Source of the DNA: Candidatus Spongiisociaceae bacterium
Lineage (GTDB): Bacteria > Actinomycetota > Acidimicrobiia > Spongiisociales > Spongiisociaceae
Reading direction: 5' to 3'
DNA length: 64,000 nt
NCBI GenBank assembly: GCA_965243835.1
Contig: OZ251578.1
Coordinates: 1,760,303 to 1,824,302 of the forward strand
Under the pieces are notes generated by a model, which did not search any database, had not been told where the DNA came from, and saw only the letters and a list, made by a program, of their open reading frames with translations. This document shows, piece by piece, positions 9,001-17,864 of this stretch (position 1 is its first letter; every line of letters begins with the position of its first letter). The position numbers were made by a program, and so were the translations under genes.

Positions 9001-11067
9001 CAACTGCTCCGGGCGGGGGCCGGCGACCCGCGCGCCGGGTTCCGCCCCCAACAGGAGGAGGCCATTCGTTCCCTGGTCGGGGGCCGGGCCCCGAACCGGC
9101 TGTTGCTGGTTCAGAAAACCGGATGGGGCAAAAGCTTCGTCTACTTCATCGCCACCAAGCTCCTGCGCCGACAGGGGAAGGGGCCGGTCCTGCTCATTTC
9201 GCCCCTGTTGGCGTTGATGCGCAACCAGATCGCGATGGCGGAGCGTTTGGGAGTGGCGGCCGCCGCCATCCACTCCGGCAACAAACCGGAATGGAAGAGC
9301 GTGGTCGAGCGACTGTCCCGGAACGAAATCGACATTCTGCTGATCTCGCCCGAACGGTTGGCCAATCAAAAATTTAGGGAAGACGTGTATGCGCCCCACC
9401 TAAGCCAACCAGGTATGTGGGTGGTGGACGAAGCCCACTGCATATCGGACTGGGGGCATGACTTCCGACCGGATTACCGGCGGATCGAGGGCCTGGTCCG
9501 CGGCCTGCCCCCCAATGTTCCGTTGCTGGCCACCACCGCCACCGCCAATGACCGGGTGGTGGACGACCTAGAGCAAATACTGGGGCCGGATCTGCGAATT
9601 ATGCGGGGCGACCTGGACCGGCCGTCCCTGCGTCTGCAAACCATCGCCATGCCCTCCCCCCGGGATCGCTTGGCCTGGTTGGCGGAGAATGTTCCGCAAC
9701 TGCCCGGCAACGGCGTGATTTACACCTTGACCGTCCGGGATGCGAAGCGGGTGGCCCGGTGGTTGCAAAGTTGCGGAGTGGATGTCCGCGCCTACACCGG
9801 CTCCACCGACCCGGCGGAAAGGCCGGTTCTGGAAAATGCCCTGCTGGACAATCGGCTGAAAGCCTTGGCGGCCACCTCCGCCTTGGGCATGGGTTTCGAC
9901 AAACCGGATTTGGGGTTCGTCATTCACTATCAGGCCCCCGGATCGGTGATCGCCTACTACCAGCAGGTGGGCCGGGCGGGGCGCGGCATCGGCGAGGCCC
10001 GCGGTGTGCTGTTGAGCGGCGTCGAGGACCAGGACATCATCGATTACTTCCGCGAAAACGCCTTCCCGACCCGGGCGGAAGTGAAGGAAATGCTGGCCGC
10101 TCTTAGGAGAGCGAAGGACGGGCTGTCGTTCTACGACCTGGAAACCAGGGTCAACCTCAACAGCTACCGCTTGCGCCAAACCCTGAAATTGATGGAGTTG
10201 GAGACCCCGGCTCCGTTGGCCCGGCAGGATTCGGTCTATCAACTGACCCCGCATCGTCTGGGAGCGGGCTTCTGGGAGCGCGTGGAACGTCTCAACCGAC
10301 TGCGCCGGGAGGAGCAGGCTGAAATGCGGGAATACGTCGGGCTTGCATCGGGGCATATGAACTTTCTCATCAAGGCCCTCAACGGCTCCCCCGCCGCCGG
10401 CGATGACCCGCCGACCCTGCCGCCCCTTCCCACCACCATTTCCGGAAAACACCGGGTGGCCGCCGAGGATTTCCAAAAACGCGACTGGTATAGCATCGCG
10501 CCGCGTAAAAAATGGCCGAGGGGCGGCCTCCCCCGACTCGGCGTCCGCGGCCCCATCCCAGAAGACCGCAAATACCAACGGGGACGGGCCCTTAGTTTGT
10601 GGGGATTCGGCGCTCTCGGTCGGCTGGTAAAACAGGGAAAATACCAAGACGCCCGCTTCCCGGATCAATTGGTGGAAGATTGCCGGCGAATGTTCCGCGA
10701 CTGGAACCCGCAACCAACGCCGCGCTGGGTCGCCTGCGTGCCTTCACACAGCCATCCCGACCTGGTACCCGATTTCGCCCGGCGGCTGGCGGACGCCCTG
10801 GGTCTCCCCTTCCGCTCCGTACTGGAAAAAACCGGCAAAAACCGTCCCGCCCAAAAAGTTATGAACAACAGCAGGATGAGGGCCGACAACGCGGACGGAG
10901 CGTTCCGGGTAAACGACCGCCTGATGGGCCCGGAATACGGGGAACCGGTACTGCTGGTGGATGACGTTGTGAATTCAAGATGGACGATGACCGTGTGCGC
11001 CTGGCTGTTGCTGACGCAGGGAAGCGGCGAGGTGTTTCCGTTGGCCTTGGCGCAGGCGGGGGACTAA
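8971..11067 (+). CDS. RecQ-family DNA helicase fused to a C-terminal ComFC/GntX-like phosphoribosyltransferase (PRTase) domain
   Basis: RecQ motifs: PQQEEAI, TGWGKSF (Walker A), DEAHCISDWGHDFRPDY, LATTATA, YQQVGRAGRGIG. C-terminal about 130 aa carries ComFC-like motifs (NADGAFRV ... VLLVDDVVNS), characteristic of type-I PRTase/ComF proteins. Confidence 0.8.
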   Translation: MMTYDTQLAHQLLRAGAGDPRAGFRPQQEEAIRSLVGGRAPNRLLLVQKTGWGKSFVYFIATKLLRRQGKGPVLLISPLLALMRNQIAMAERLGVAAAAIHSGNKPEWKSVVERLSRNEIDILLISPERLANQKFREDVYAPHLSQPGMWVVDEAHCISDWGHDFRPDYRRIEGLVRGLPPNVPLLATTATANDRVVDDLEQILGPDLRIMRGDLDRPSLRLQTIAMPSPRDRLAWLAENVPQLPGNGVIYTLTVRDAKRVARWLQSCGVDVRAYTGSTDPAERPVLENALLDNRLKALAATSALGMGFDKPDLGFVIHYQAPGSVIAYYQQVGRAGRGIGEARGVLLSGVEDQDIIDYFRENAFPTRAEVKEMLAALRRAKDGLSFYDLETRVNLNSYRLRQTLKLMELETPAPLARQDSVYQLTPHRLGAGFWERVERLNRLRREEQAEMREYVGLASGHMNFLIKALNGSPAAGDDPPTLPPLPTTISGKHRVAAEDFQKRDWYSIAPRKKWPRGGLPRLGVRGPIPEDRKYQRGRALSLWGFGALGRLVKQGKYQDARFPDQLVEDCRRMFRDWNPQPTPRWVACVPSHSHPDLVPDFARRLADALGLPFRSVLEKTGKNRPAQKVMNNSRMRADNADGAFRVNDRLMGPEYGEPVLLVDDVVNSRWTMTVCAWLLLTQGSGEVFPLALAQAGD

Positions 11068-12125
11068 TGACCTGGCCGCTTCTGCCCAATACACAGGCGA
11101 TTCTGCTTTTGACCGCGCCCCTGCTGGCGGGAGGGGAGGGCGACGTAGCCGAACGGTTAAACTTGCGGGGATACCGAAAACTGGAAGAACATCTGCGCGG
11201 TCGGGGGCGCGATCTAGCCGACCTGTTGCTGGAGGACCCGGAGGAGGTTCTGGGGGAAAGCCCGCCCTGCGACATCGGGAGAATCAAGGACCTGCTACGG
11301 AGGGGAGGGCGTCTGGCGGCGGCCGTCGACCATTGGAGCACGCGCGCCATCTGGGTGATCAGCCGCTTCGACGAGGAATACCCGCGCCGCTTCCGCACTC
11401 GCCTCGCCGGCTCGGCCCCTCCTCTGCTGTACGGGTGCGGGGACCGGTCGCTCCTCAACCGGGGGGGATTGGCGGTGGTGGGGCCGCGCCAAGCGGACGA
11501 AGACGCCCTGAAATTCGCCCAGTGGACGGGAGGCTTGACCGCCCGGGCCGGGTTTCCTTTGATTTCCGGCGGGGCGCGGGGTGTGGACCGGGCGGCTATG
11601 ACCGGGGCCATGGAAGCGGGCGGGCAGGCGGTGGGGGTGCTGGCGGGTAAACTGGAAAAAGAAATAATGACCCGCGACCGGCGGGATTGGATTCTGGAGG
11701 AGCAGATGTTGATGGTCTCCCCCTACGACCCCGGGGCCGGTTTTCACCGCGGGACTGCTATGGGACGCAACAAGTTGATCTACAACCTGGCCGACGCCGC
11801 CCTGGCGGTGGAAGCGGACCCCAAACGGGGCGGAACCCGCGCCGGGGCGATGAACCAACTGCAGGCCAACCGCAAACAACCCGACCGACAGGTTCCCATA
11901 TACGTACGGGACATCCCCAGCCCCGGCCTGGACTCCCTGCGGGAAAACGGAGCGCAAACCTGGCCCGACCCGGAAACAGCCGACGAACTAAAAAACATCC
12001 TGGACAGCGCAACGGTATTTGACTCTCCGGACCACTCCCAACCTCGCCCACCTGTCATCCCGGCTGATGAGCTATTTCCCGAAACCAGTCAACAGCAACC
12101 ATTGCCCCTCGGTGCCGGAGGGTAA
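11067..12125 (+). CDS. dprA: DprA/Smf-family protein (DNA-processing protein A; SLOG/Rossmann fold), translationally coupled to the helicase gene
   Basis: Start ATG overlaps helicase stop (TAATG at 11065-11069). DprA SAM-like N-domain (EYPRRF..APPLLYGCGD) and Rossmann core (LAVVGPRQA, ISGGARGVDRAAMTGAMEAGGQAVGVLAGKL, SPYDPGAGFHRGTAMGRNKLIYNLADAALAVEA). Confidence 0.7.
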   Translation: MTWPLLPNTQAILLLTAPLLAGGEGDVAERLNLRGYRKLEEHLRGRGRDLADLLLEDPEEVLGESPPCDIGRIKDLLRRGGRLAAAVDHWSTRAIWVISRFDEEYPRRFRTRLAGSAPPLLYGCGDRSLLNRGGLAVVGPRQADEDALKFAQWTGGLTARAGFPLISGGARGVDRAAMTGAMEAGGQAVGVLAGKLEKEIMTRDRRDWILEEQMLMVSPYDPGAGFHRGTAMGRNKLIYNLADAALAVEADPKRGGTRAGAMNQLQANRKQPDRQVPIYVRDIPSPGLDSLRENGAQTWPDPETADELKNILDSATVFDSPDHSQPRPPVIPADELFPETSQQQPLPLGAGG

Positions 12126-12560
12126 CTACTCCTCCGCATCATCAATATTGTTAGGGTTCATAGACTCCGCCAACTGCTCTACTTGGTTTATCAATAATTC
12201 AATCTCGGGAACAGTAGGTACCAAATCATATTCGTGATGGTGACAGGCCCGACTTAGGGCTACCCAAGCGGAGTGGGCATCTTCGGATGTCACAGTATCA
12301 ACTGCAACCCTACCGTCTCGGGCTAATTGCTTAAGACAAGCAAGTTGCGTAAACCGGCTTGTATTCTTCATATAGCGATAATAGTAATGGTCATTCCAAA
12401 GTCTGTCCAGTGTCGCTTCAAGAACTTGGCGAGTCAGCAAAGCCGCCGCCCGATGCCATTCGCCTCGCGGCCCATCAGTATGGTTGAGTAAACCCCGAGC
12501 GAGGTTTAGTAGGTCAAGGGTCATAACGACGTAATCTTTCGGCCAAACTTTGACAATCAT
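12126..12560 (-). CDS. small His-rich hypothetical protein (144 aa), downstream partner of the Rad50/SMC-like ATPase
   Basis: AT-rich ORF overlapping the upstream gene by 47 nt; no recognizable motif. Confidence 0.45.
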   Translation of the reverse strand: MIVKVWPKDYVVMTLDLLNLARGLLNHTDGPRGEWHRAAALLTRQVLEATLDRLWNDHYYYRYMKNTSRFTQLACLKQLARDGRVAVDTVTSEDAHSAWVALSRACHHHEYDLVPTVPEIELLINQVEQLAESMNPNNIDDAEE

Positions 12561-14922
12561 TAATTAGATTAGCCAAATCACCAGAATATTTACTATGAGT
12601 ACCTTTATTAGTATCGCTGAATACCTCTGCAAATCTCTTCCCCCATTTACTGGAGATTTTACCAAACACTTTGTCGCTTTTATTAATACTATCAAATAAC
12701 GCTACAGAGGCTTTCTGACTTAATTTCTTGGCCTCGAATAACTCTTGTTCAATCACCTGATGAGTTTTACCTTTATCCAGCCATCGTCGCCATACTGCTT
12801 CCACACAGGCGGCTTCTAATCCGCTACGACAAAACCCTGGAATAACCCGCCTTGCTATATCCTCTAGCATATCATCATCCTTCAAAATGGACCGTGCCTC
12901 AAAAAAATATTGAATAACCGGATCGCGCTTTTCCGCAATAGTAACTTTCGATTTTACCGATCTCCTAACCTCTAGACAATGGTGTTCAATATCTAAATGA
13001 CGTAAAGACTCCGGGAGTCGATTGTCGTGAGTGAACACAATTAGTTGACGACTCTTGGCAACCTTGGCGAATACTCTGGCTAGTCCATCAACCCGAGCAG
13101 GGTCCATAGATTGTATCGGATCGTCAATAACCAAAAAGCGAAAGGGACTAGCGGGAAGCATTACCCGGGGAAAGAAAATGGACAAAGCCAAACTGTTTAT
13201 TTCTCCTTGACTAACCACAGACAAGGCATCTGTCTTAATATCATCCACTTCCACCCCAAGGGCCACTCTACGTTTAGTGCGACTACCAGTTAGTTGAACG
13301 GAAAGTAAATCAACGTTGCTTTCCAAACGTAGTTCTTTCCAAATTTCCAAGGCCTGGTTCTCTATAGGAGACCAACGGGTGTTACGTATATTTTCGTTTA
13401 CTTCTTTAAGATATTTTTCTGCCCTTTTTAGGTTAGTAATTTCTGATTGCTCTCTCCTTACTCGACAGGCTTTGTGAACCCAAGGCGAAAGAATAGACAT
13501 AGCCGCTAGCCACTTTTCTTCTCTATCAGAGTACAACTGACGAGCTTGTTCAATAATTTTATTTGCTTCACTTTCGACCGAGGAGTATAATGTAAGCAAG
13601 TGTTCATCTATTTCACTTTTATCGTCAGGCAACGAACTCCACTTTTTCCAAATAGAAACCAGCGAACCTATCTCTATAGTTTCAGTGTCGGACAATAGAG
13701 GAGGTTCTATCAAAATCTCAACCTCCTTTATTACGTTTTCCAGATTACTTTTGGCATCCCTATATTTTTGAGAGCTTGCTTTCAGTCTTTCTATCTGCTC
13801 TTCTACTTTGGTAACCCAACTACTATCCAAAATACCTTCTTCGCAAACTGGACAACGATTGTTCTCGTGTGTGCCATAATATTTCAAAGCCAGATTTAAT
13901 ATACTCATTAAGTTTTCGGCGTGCTCTGCTTCCGTACCAGATAAGTTAGACCAATCTGTATATGCCTTGTTCAGTTTTTTTGCTATTTTCAATACTTGCT
14001 CTTGATTTGGAACCTTGATATTTATAAGAGTTTGTAAATCCTGATGATAAGTAACTGGCTCCGATTGAAGACTTTTTATAATATCCAAGTCCCAATTTCG
14101 TTTCTTGACAGCTTCCACAACTTTTGTTGCACGCGGGTCTTCTAGTTGCTCAAACTGGGGAAGAATATTATTTTTTCGTTCTGCCTCTACCTGGTTTGCC
14201 AGTTTTTCTCGTGCTAATCGGGTATTAGCTAAAGCTTTCATCGCTTGGGCAATAATACCAATACCGAGTACTTTGCTGAGAGTGTCATGCAGGGATGACG
14301 GACTATTTTCAATGATGCCAAGTTCCTTATACGATAAAATGGGGCGATATAAATCAAGTGGTTCTTTCCAACCTATTCCATCTAGATCGGAAATTTCCTT
14401 TCCATGATGTTGCGCACTGCATTTTCCTTCTTCCAGTTCGGAATTTTGGGACCAAGTGCACTCTACCATAGTTGGTTTATTCATTCCTTCTACTTGAAAT
14501 CTGGCGGATATTTTGGTATTATTGCCCTGATGGAGATTCCGCCAGCCTTGCTTCCAAACTACCGCTTTTTTGCTTTCCCAGCGATAGCTATCCCCGGTTA
14601 ACAATACTTCCAATCCTTCTGCGAAGCTGGACTTGCCGGAGCCGTTTCTGCCTACAACGACCGTAAGACCCGGGCCGGGAGGTATCTCCAATGTGGCCTC
14701 CGGTCCGATACCGCGAAACCCGGATACCGTTATGTCCTGTAGGTAAACAGGCGGAACCAGCTCTCCGTTGTCCGACATCGTATCGGGTCCATCTACGTAT
14801 TCATCAGTTAAGACGCGCTCCACGTCATCCTCACCCCTGAGGGCGGCTAGCACCAGGCTTATAATCTGCTCGTCTTTAGTAAGTTTGGCGAGCTCTTGTT
14901 CTACTTCTTGATAGAGGCCCAT
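12514..14922 (-). CDS. Rad50/SbcC/SMC-like ABC ATPase with a central CxxC zinc hook (802 aa)
   Basis: Walker [13 protein letters not shown] signature VSQGE, Walker B RFLVIDDP, H-loop IVFTHD, long coiled-coil middle with NRCPVCEEG zinc-hook motif. AT-rich relative to flanks. RBS AGGAGGGG 5 nt before ATG at 14922. Confidence 0.7.
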   Translation of the reverse strand: MGLYQEVEQELAKLTKDEQIISLVLAALRGEDDVERVLTDEYVDGPDTMSDNGELVPPVYLQDITVSGFRGIGPEATLEIPPGPGLTVVVGRNGSGKSSFAEGLEVLLTGDSYRWESKKAVVWKQGWRNLHQGNNTKISARFQVEGMNKPTMVECTWSQNSELEEGKCSAQHHGKEISDLDGIGWKEPLDLYRPILSYKELGIIENSPSSLHDTLSKVLGIGIIAQAMKALANTRLAREKLANQVEAERKNNILPQFEQLEDPRATKVVEAVKKRNWDLDIIKSLQSEPVTYHQDLQTLINIKVPNQEQVLKIAKKLNKAYTDWSNLSGTEAEHAENLMSILNLALKYYGTHENNRCPVCEEGILDSSWVTKVEEQIERLKASSQKYRDAKSNLENVIKEVEILIEPPLLSDTETIEIGSLVSIWKKWSSLPDDKSEIDEHLLTLYSSVESEANKIIEQARQLYSDREEKWLAAMSILSPWVHKACRVRREQSEITNLKRAEKYLKEVNENIRNTRWSPIENQALEIWKELRLESNVDLLSVQLTGSRTKRRVALGVEVDDIKTDALSVVSQGEINSLALSIFFPRVMLPASPFRFLVIDDPIQSMDPARVDGLARVFAKVAKSRQLIVFTHDNRLPESLRHLDIEHHCLEVRRSVKSKVTIAEKRDPVIQYFFEARSILKDDDMLEDIARRVIPGFCRSGLEAACVEAVWRRWLDKGKTHQVIEQELFEAKKLSQKASVALFDSINKSDKVFGKISSKWGKRFAEVFSDTNKGTHSKYSGDLANLINDCQSLAERLRRYDP

Positions 14923-14975
14923 TTACCCCTCCTTGGAGATGCCGTCCCATTCAGTATACCGCACTGATGTTCGGC

Positions 14976-15482
14976 TCAGGCGGGGAGGGTTCCGGTTTTC
15001 AAAAGGTTACGGCGGCGGGCGGGGTCGGACAGGCGGCAACGGCGCCATAGCCAAAGCAGGTAGGCCAGGCCCGCCGCCTCCTGGAGCAGGAGCGGCCAGC
15101 GGAAATTTGTCCAGTCGTTGGGGACCCCGACCGGGAACTCCCAGCCGAAAAAGGGCCAGAGCAGGGTGTCGCGGAGCGTCCACATTCCGTCCAGCAACAG
15201 GTGAAACATCACTCCCACCGCCAACGCCATCCATCGTCTGCGGGACGGCCTCCCGCGCCGGGTCGCAATCAACACCGTCACCAGCAGAACGGCGAAGAAC
15301 AGCAACGTGTGGCCGAAGATGCGGCCCGTCCCGAACGCGCCCGCCCCGAAAACCAAACCCGTGGGCTTGTCCAACAGGTCGGGCAAAACGGCCCCCGCCA
15401 GCAGGAAACGCACATCCACCGCCGGGTCCCGGAACAGGTAACGGAACAGGAACAGCGACCCCCCCAGATGCCAAAACAGCAT
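14976..15482 (-). CDS. membrane-bound metal-dependent hydrolase (YdjM/DUF457-like)
   Basis: Several TM segments, conserved His/Asp pattern similar to LexA-regulon YdjM-type inner-membrane hydrolases. Confidence 0.4.
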   Translation of the reverse strand: MLFWHLGGSLFLFRYLFRDPAVDVRFLLAGAVLPDLLDKPTGLVFGAGAFGTGRIFGHTLLFFAVLLVTVLIATRRGRPSRRRWMALAVGVMFHLLLDGMWTLRDTLLWPFFGWEFPVGVPNDWTNFRWPLLLQEAAGLAYLLWLWRRCRLSDPARRRNLLKTGTLPA

Positions 15483-16205
15483 TCAGGGAACCACCACCGC
15501 CCGGCAGTGTATGCAACGGGGCGGAAACTCCTCCACCACCTCCTCGTATTCGGCCATGGACATTTCCATATGGCAGGCCCCGCAACTGCGTCCGTTCAAA
15601 GCCCCCACCACCACCCCGCCCCGCCGCTCCCGCAACTCCTCGTACAATTCCATCAGATCCGGAGGCACCAGCGGGGCGATTTCATCCCGGCGGGCGTCCT
15701 GCGCCGCCAACCGGACGTCGATCTCCGACCGCCTGCTCCGGATCGTCTCCGCCAGCGAACGTTCGGTCCGCTCCGCCTCCTCCGCCTCCTCCTCCGCCTC
15801 CCCGGCGGCCGCGGCCGTCTTCTCCCGCTGCTCCAAAAGTTCCAACAGTTCGTCCTCCGTAACGGAGTTCTGGCGGCGCAGGCTGTCCACTTCCATCCGC
15901 ATATTCTGCGTCTCCCGGGCCCCCATCCCCCCGGCGAACAGCCGTCTTTCCCGCTCCCCGAGGGTCCGCTCGGCCAACTGCAACTCCCCTTCCACCCGGC
16001 TCGTCTCCCGGTCCGCTTCCCGCAACCGTTCCGCCGTCTGTTCGCGGGCCGCCGCCGTCGCCGCCGCCGTTTGGACGGCCGCGGCGTGCTCGGCCAATTC
16101 GGGCATTCCCTCCCGTTCGGCGAGCAACCGGTCCGTCACCGAATCCACCGCCTGCAAGTCCAACAGGTCGGACAAACCGGGCAACTCGTTCATACCGCCT
16201 CCCAC
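15483..16205 (-). CDS. zinc-ribbon/coiled-coil protein (COG1579-type), partner of Nif3
   Basis: Coiled-coil region plus C-terminal CxxC...CxxC (CGACHMEM ... CIHCRAV). Conserved neighborhood with the Nif3 gene. Confidence 0.6.
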   Translation of the reverse strand: MGGGMNELPGLSDLLDLQAVDSVTDRLLAEREGMPELAEHAAAVQTAAATAAAREQTAERLREADRETSRVEGELQLAERTLGERERRLFAGGMGARETQNMRMEVDSLRRQNSVTEDELLELLEQREKTAAAAGEAEEEAEEAERTERSLAETIRSRRSEIDVRLAAQDARRDEIAPLVPPDLMELYEELRERRGGVVVGALNGRSCGACHMEMSMAEYEEVVEEFPPRCIHCRAVVVP

Positions 16206-17005
16206 GGGTGATCGTTCGGATCGCTCAAATAATCCACCGCGGCCGCCTCCCCCGCCAGCGCCCCGGCTGTGAAATCATACAGCCCGCGCACCCCGGGACG
16301 CTCGGTCGGGATATGCCCGGCGTCGATCACCGCCATCCCCCAGTCCAACCCGAGGCGGGCCTGGTGATGGGAAACATCGCCGGTTACATAAACGTCGGCC
16401 CCGGCCGCGGCCGCTTCTTCCATGAACGAGCCGCCCGCGCCGGGCAGGACCGCCACCCGTCCCGCCGGGGCGTCCCCCCGCAACCGCTCCCCCGGGCCGG
16501 CCCGCCGGGGGGCGCAACCCAACTTTTCCCGCACCGTCTCCGCCAACCGGCCGGCGCTCCCCGCAAAAAGCCCCACCCGGCCCAGCCAACACTCCGCCCC
16601 GGCGGTTTCCAACTCCGCGAACCGGCCGTCCTCCTCCGACTCCAACCCCAGGGCGGCGGCCAGGGCGTCGGCGCATCCCCCCGGGGCCGCATCCCAGTTG
16701 GTGTGCACCGCGATTACGCTCACCCCCGCCTCCAGCAAGGCCAGCGTCCGACCCTCGGGGCCGGGACGGTCCCGCACCGCGGACAGGGGACGGAACAGCA
16801 ACGGATGGTAGGTGACCGCCAAATCGTATCCGCCGTCCGTGATCCGCCCGGCCGCGGCGGAGGTAATTTCATGGACGACCGCCGCCCGCCCTATCCGCCG
16901 TCGCAAGCCCCCCGCCTGCAAACCCACCGCGTCCCAGACGGCGGCGGAGGCGAAAGGAGCCCGACGGTCCAGCGCCTCCAGCAGGTCTTGGATCAGAAAA
17001 GCCAT
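16190..17005 (-). CDS. Nif3-like dinuclear metal center protein (YqfO/GTP cyclohydrolase 1 type 2 family)
   Basis: Nif3 family motifs (AVTYHP, VHTNWD, GDVSHH) and conserved pairing with the COG1579 zinc-ribbon gene. Confidence 0.75.
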   Translation of the reverse strand: MAFLIQDLLEALDRRAPFASAAVWDAVGLQAGGLRRRIGRAAVVHEITSAAAGRITDGGYDLAVTYHPLLFRPLSAVRDRPGPEGRTLALLEAGVSVIAVHTNWDAAPGGCADALAAALGLESEEDGRFAELETAGAECWLGRVGLFAGSAGRLAETVREKLGCAPRRAGPGERLRGDAPAGRVAVLPGAGGSFMEEAAAAGADVYVTGDVSHHQARLGLDWGMAVIDAGHIPTERPGVRGLYDFTAGALAGEAAAVDYLSDPNDHPWEAV

Positions 17006-17074
17006 CCGCCGCCCATCGTAACCGGCCGCGCCGCCCCAAGCCGCCCAAAACGGGGCGGTCGGCGGACGGCCTCC

Positions 17075-17746
17075 TTAGGCAACTCCGGAAACCTCCCACA
17101 CCCGGGCCTGCCACAAACTTCGCGAACCGCGTCTCGCCAAGTCGACTATCCCCCGCTCCGACAGGGCGGCCACCGCCCGGCTGGCCGCCAGCGAGGCGGG
17201 GAGCGGAATGGAACGTTCCGCCAACTTGCGCACCGCCGAATACATCCTGCGGGCGGCGTCCAGAATGGAGGCCTCGTCCTGGATGGAACCGGTGGGCAGA
17301 AACATCCGCCCCCCCGCCGCCAGCCGGCGCCGGGCCTCGGTCAGCATGCGGATGGGAAGTTCGCTCCCCCGCCGTCCGCCGCCGCCCTTGGTGGGAAACC
17401 ATCCGCTTTCATCGGCCAGCTCGTCCGGGATGCCGGACACGTCGCCGATGATCACATCCGCCGCAACGTCGTCCGGCAACGGCCCGAACAGGTCGCCCCG
17501 GTGGAAGGTCACCCGCCCGGCCACCCCGTTGGCGGCGGCGTTGGCCTCCCCCACTTCCACCACGTCCGGGTTTTTGTCCACGGCATGCACATGCCCGGCC
17601 CCCAGTTTGGCGGCGATGATGGCCAGAATTCCGCAACCGCATCCCACGTCGATCACCATGTCTCCCCGGTTGACGCGCATTTCGGCGGCGATCAACGTCG
17701 ACAAGGTGGAGGGCGTGAACGTGGTGTCGGAAATCCGGAGGTTCAT
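17075..17746 (-). CDS. class I SAM-dependent methyltransferase (small methyltransferase domain)
   Basis: Motif I VIDVGCGCGILAI, motif post-I VHAVD, motif II. Confidence 0.7.
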   Translation of the reverse strand: MNLRISDTTFTPSTLSTLIAAEMRVNRGDMVIDVGCGCGILAIIAAKLGAGHVHAVDKNPDVVEVGEANAAANGVAGRVTFHRGDLFGPLPDDVAADVIIGDVSGIPDELADESGWFPTKGGGGRRGSELPIRMLTEARRRLAAGGRMFLPTGSIQDEASILDAARRMYSAVRKLAERSIPLPASLAASRAVAALSERGIVDLARRGSRSLWQARVWEVSGVA

Positions 17747-17864
17747 CGGCCCCAGACGGCCTTTCCACAGAAAAGGTTCGGTTATGCCGCCTCCCGTCGC
17801 AGACGTTCCCCAGGATAGCCGACCCGCCGGACAAACGCGCCGCCCGCGCCGCCGGCTCAGAAGC

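Noticed and set aside
9568-10713. Long antisense ORFs in GC-rich genes (e.g. 9568-10713 -, 16208-17818 +, 18706-20172 -, 42988-45135 -, 43002-45230 +, 47627-50002 -, 55568-56827 -, 56982-58778 -)
   Set aside because: These are typical high-GC frame artifacts: Pro/Arg/Gly-rich, and they overlap genes with strong motif support on the other strand or frame.
11650-12125. DprA homolog interpreted purely as a SLOG-domain defense sensor
   Set aside because: The protein has the full three-part DprA architecture, including the SAM-like N-domain. A bona fide recombination-mediator role is at least as likely, so it was kept as a DprA-family CDS and both hypotheses are stated in the finding.
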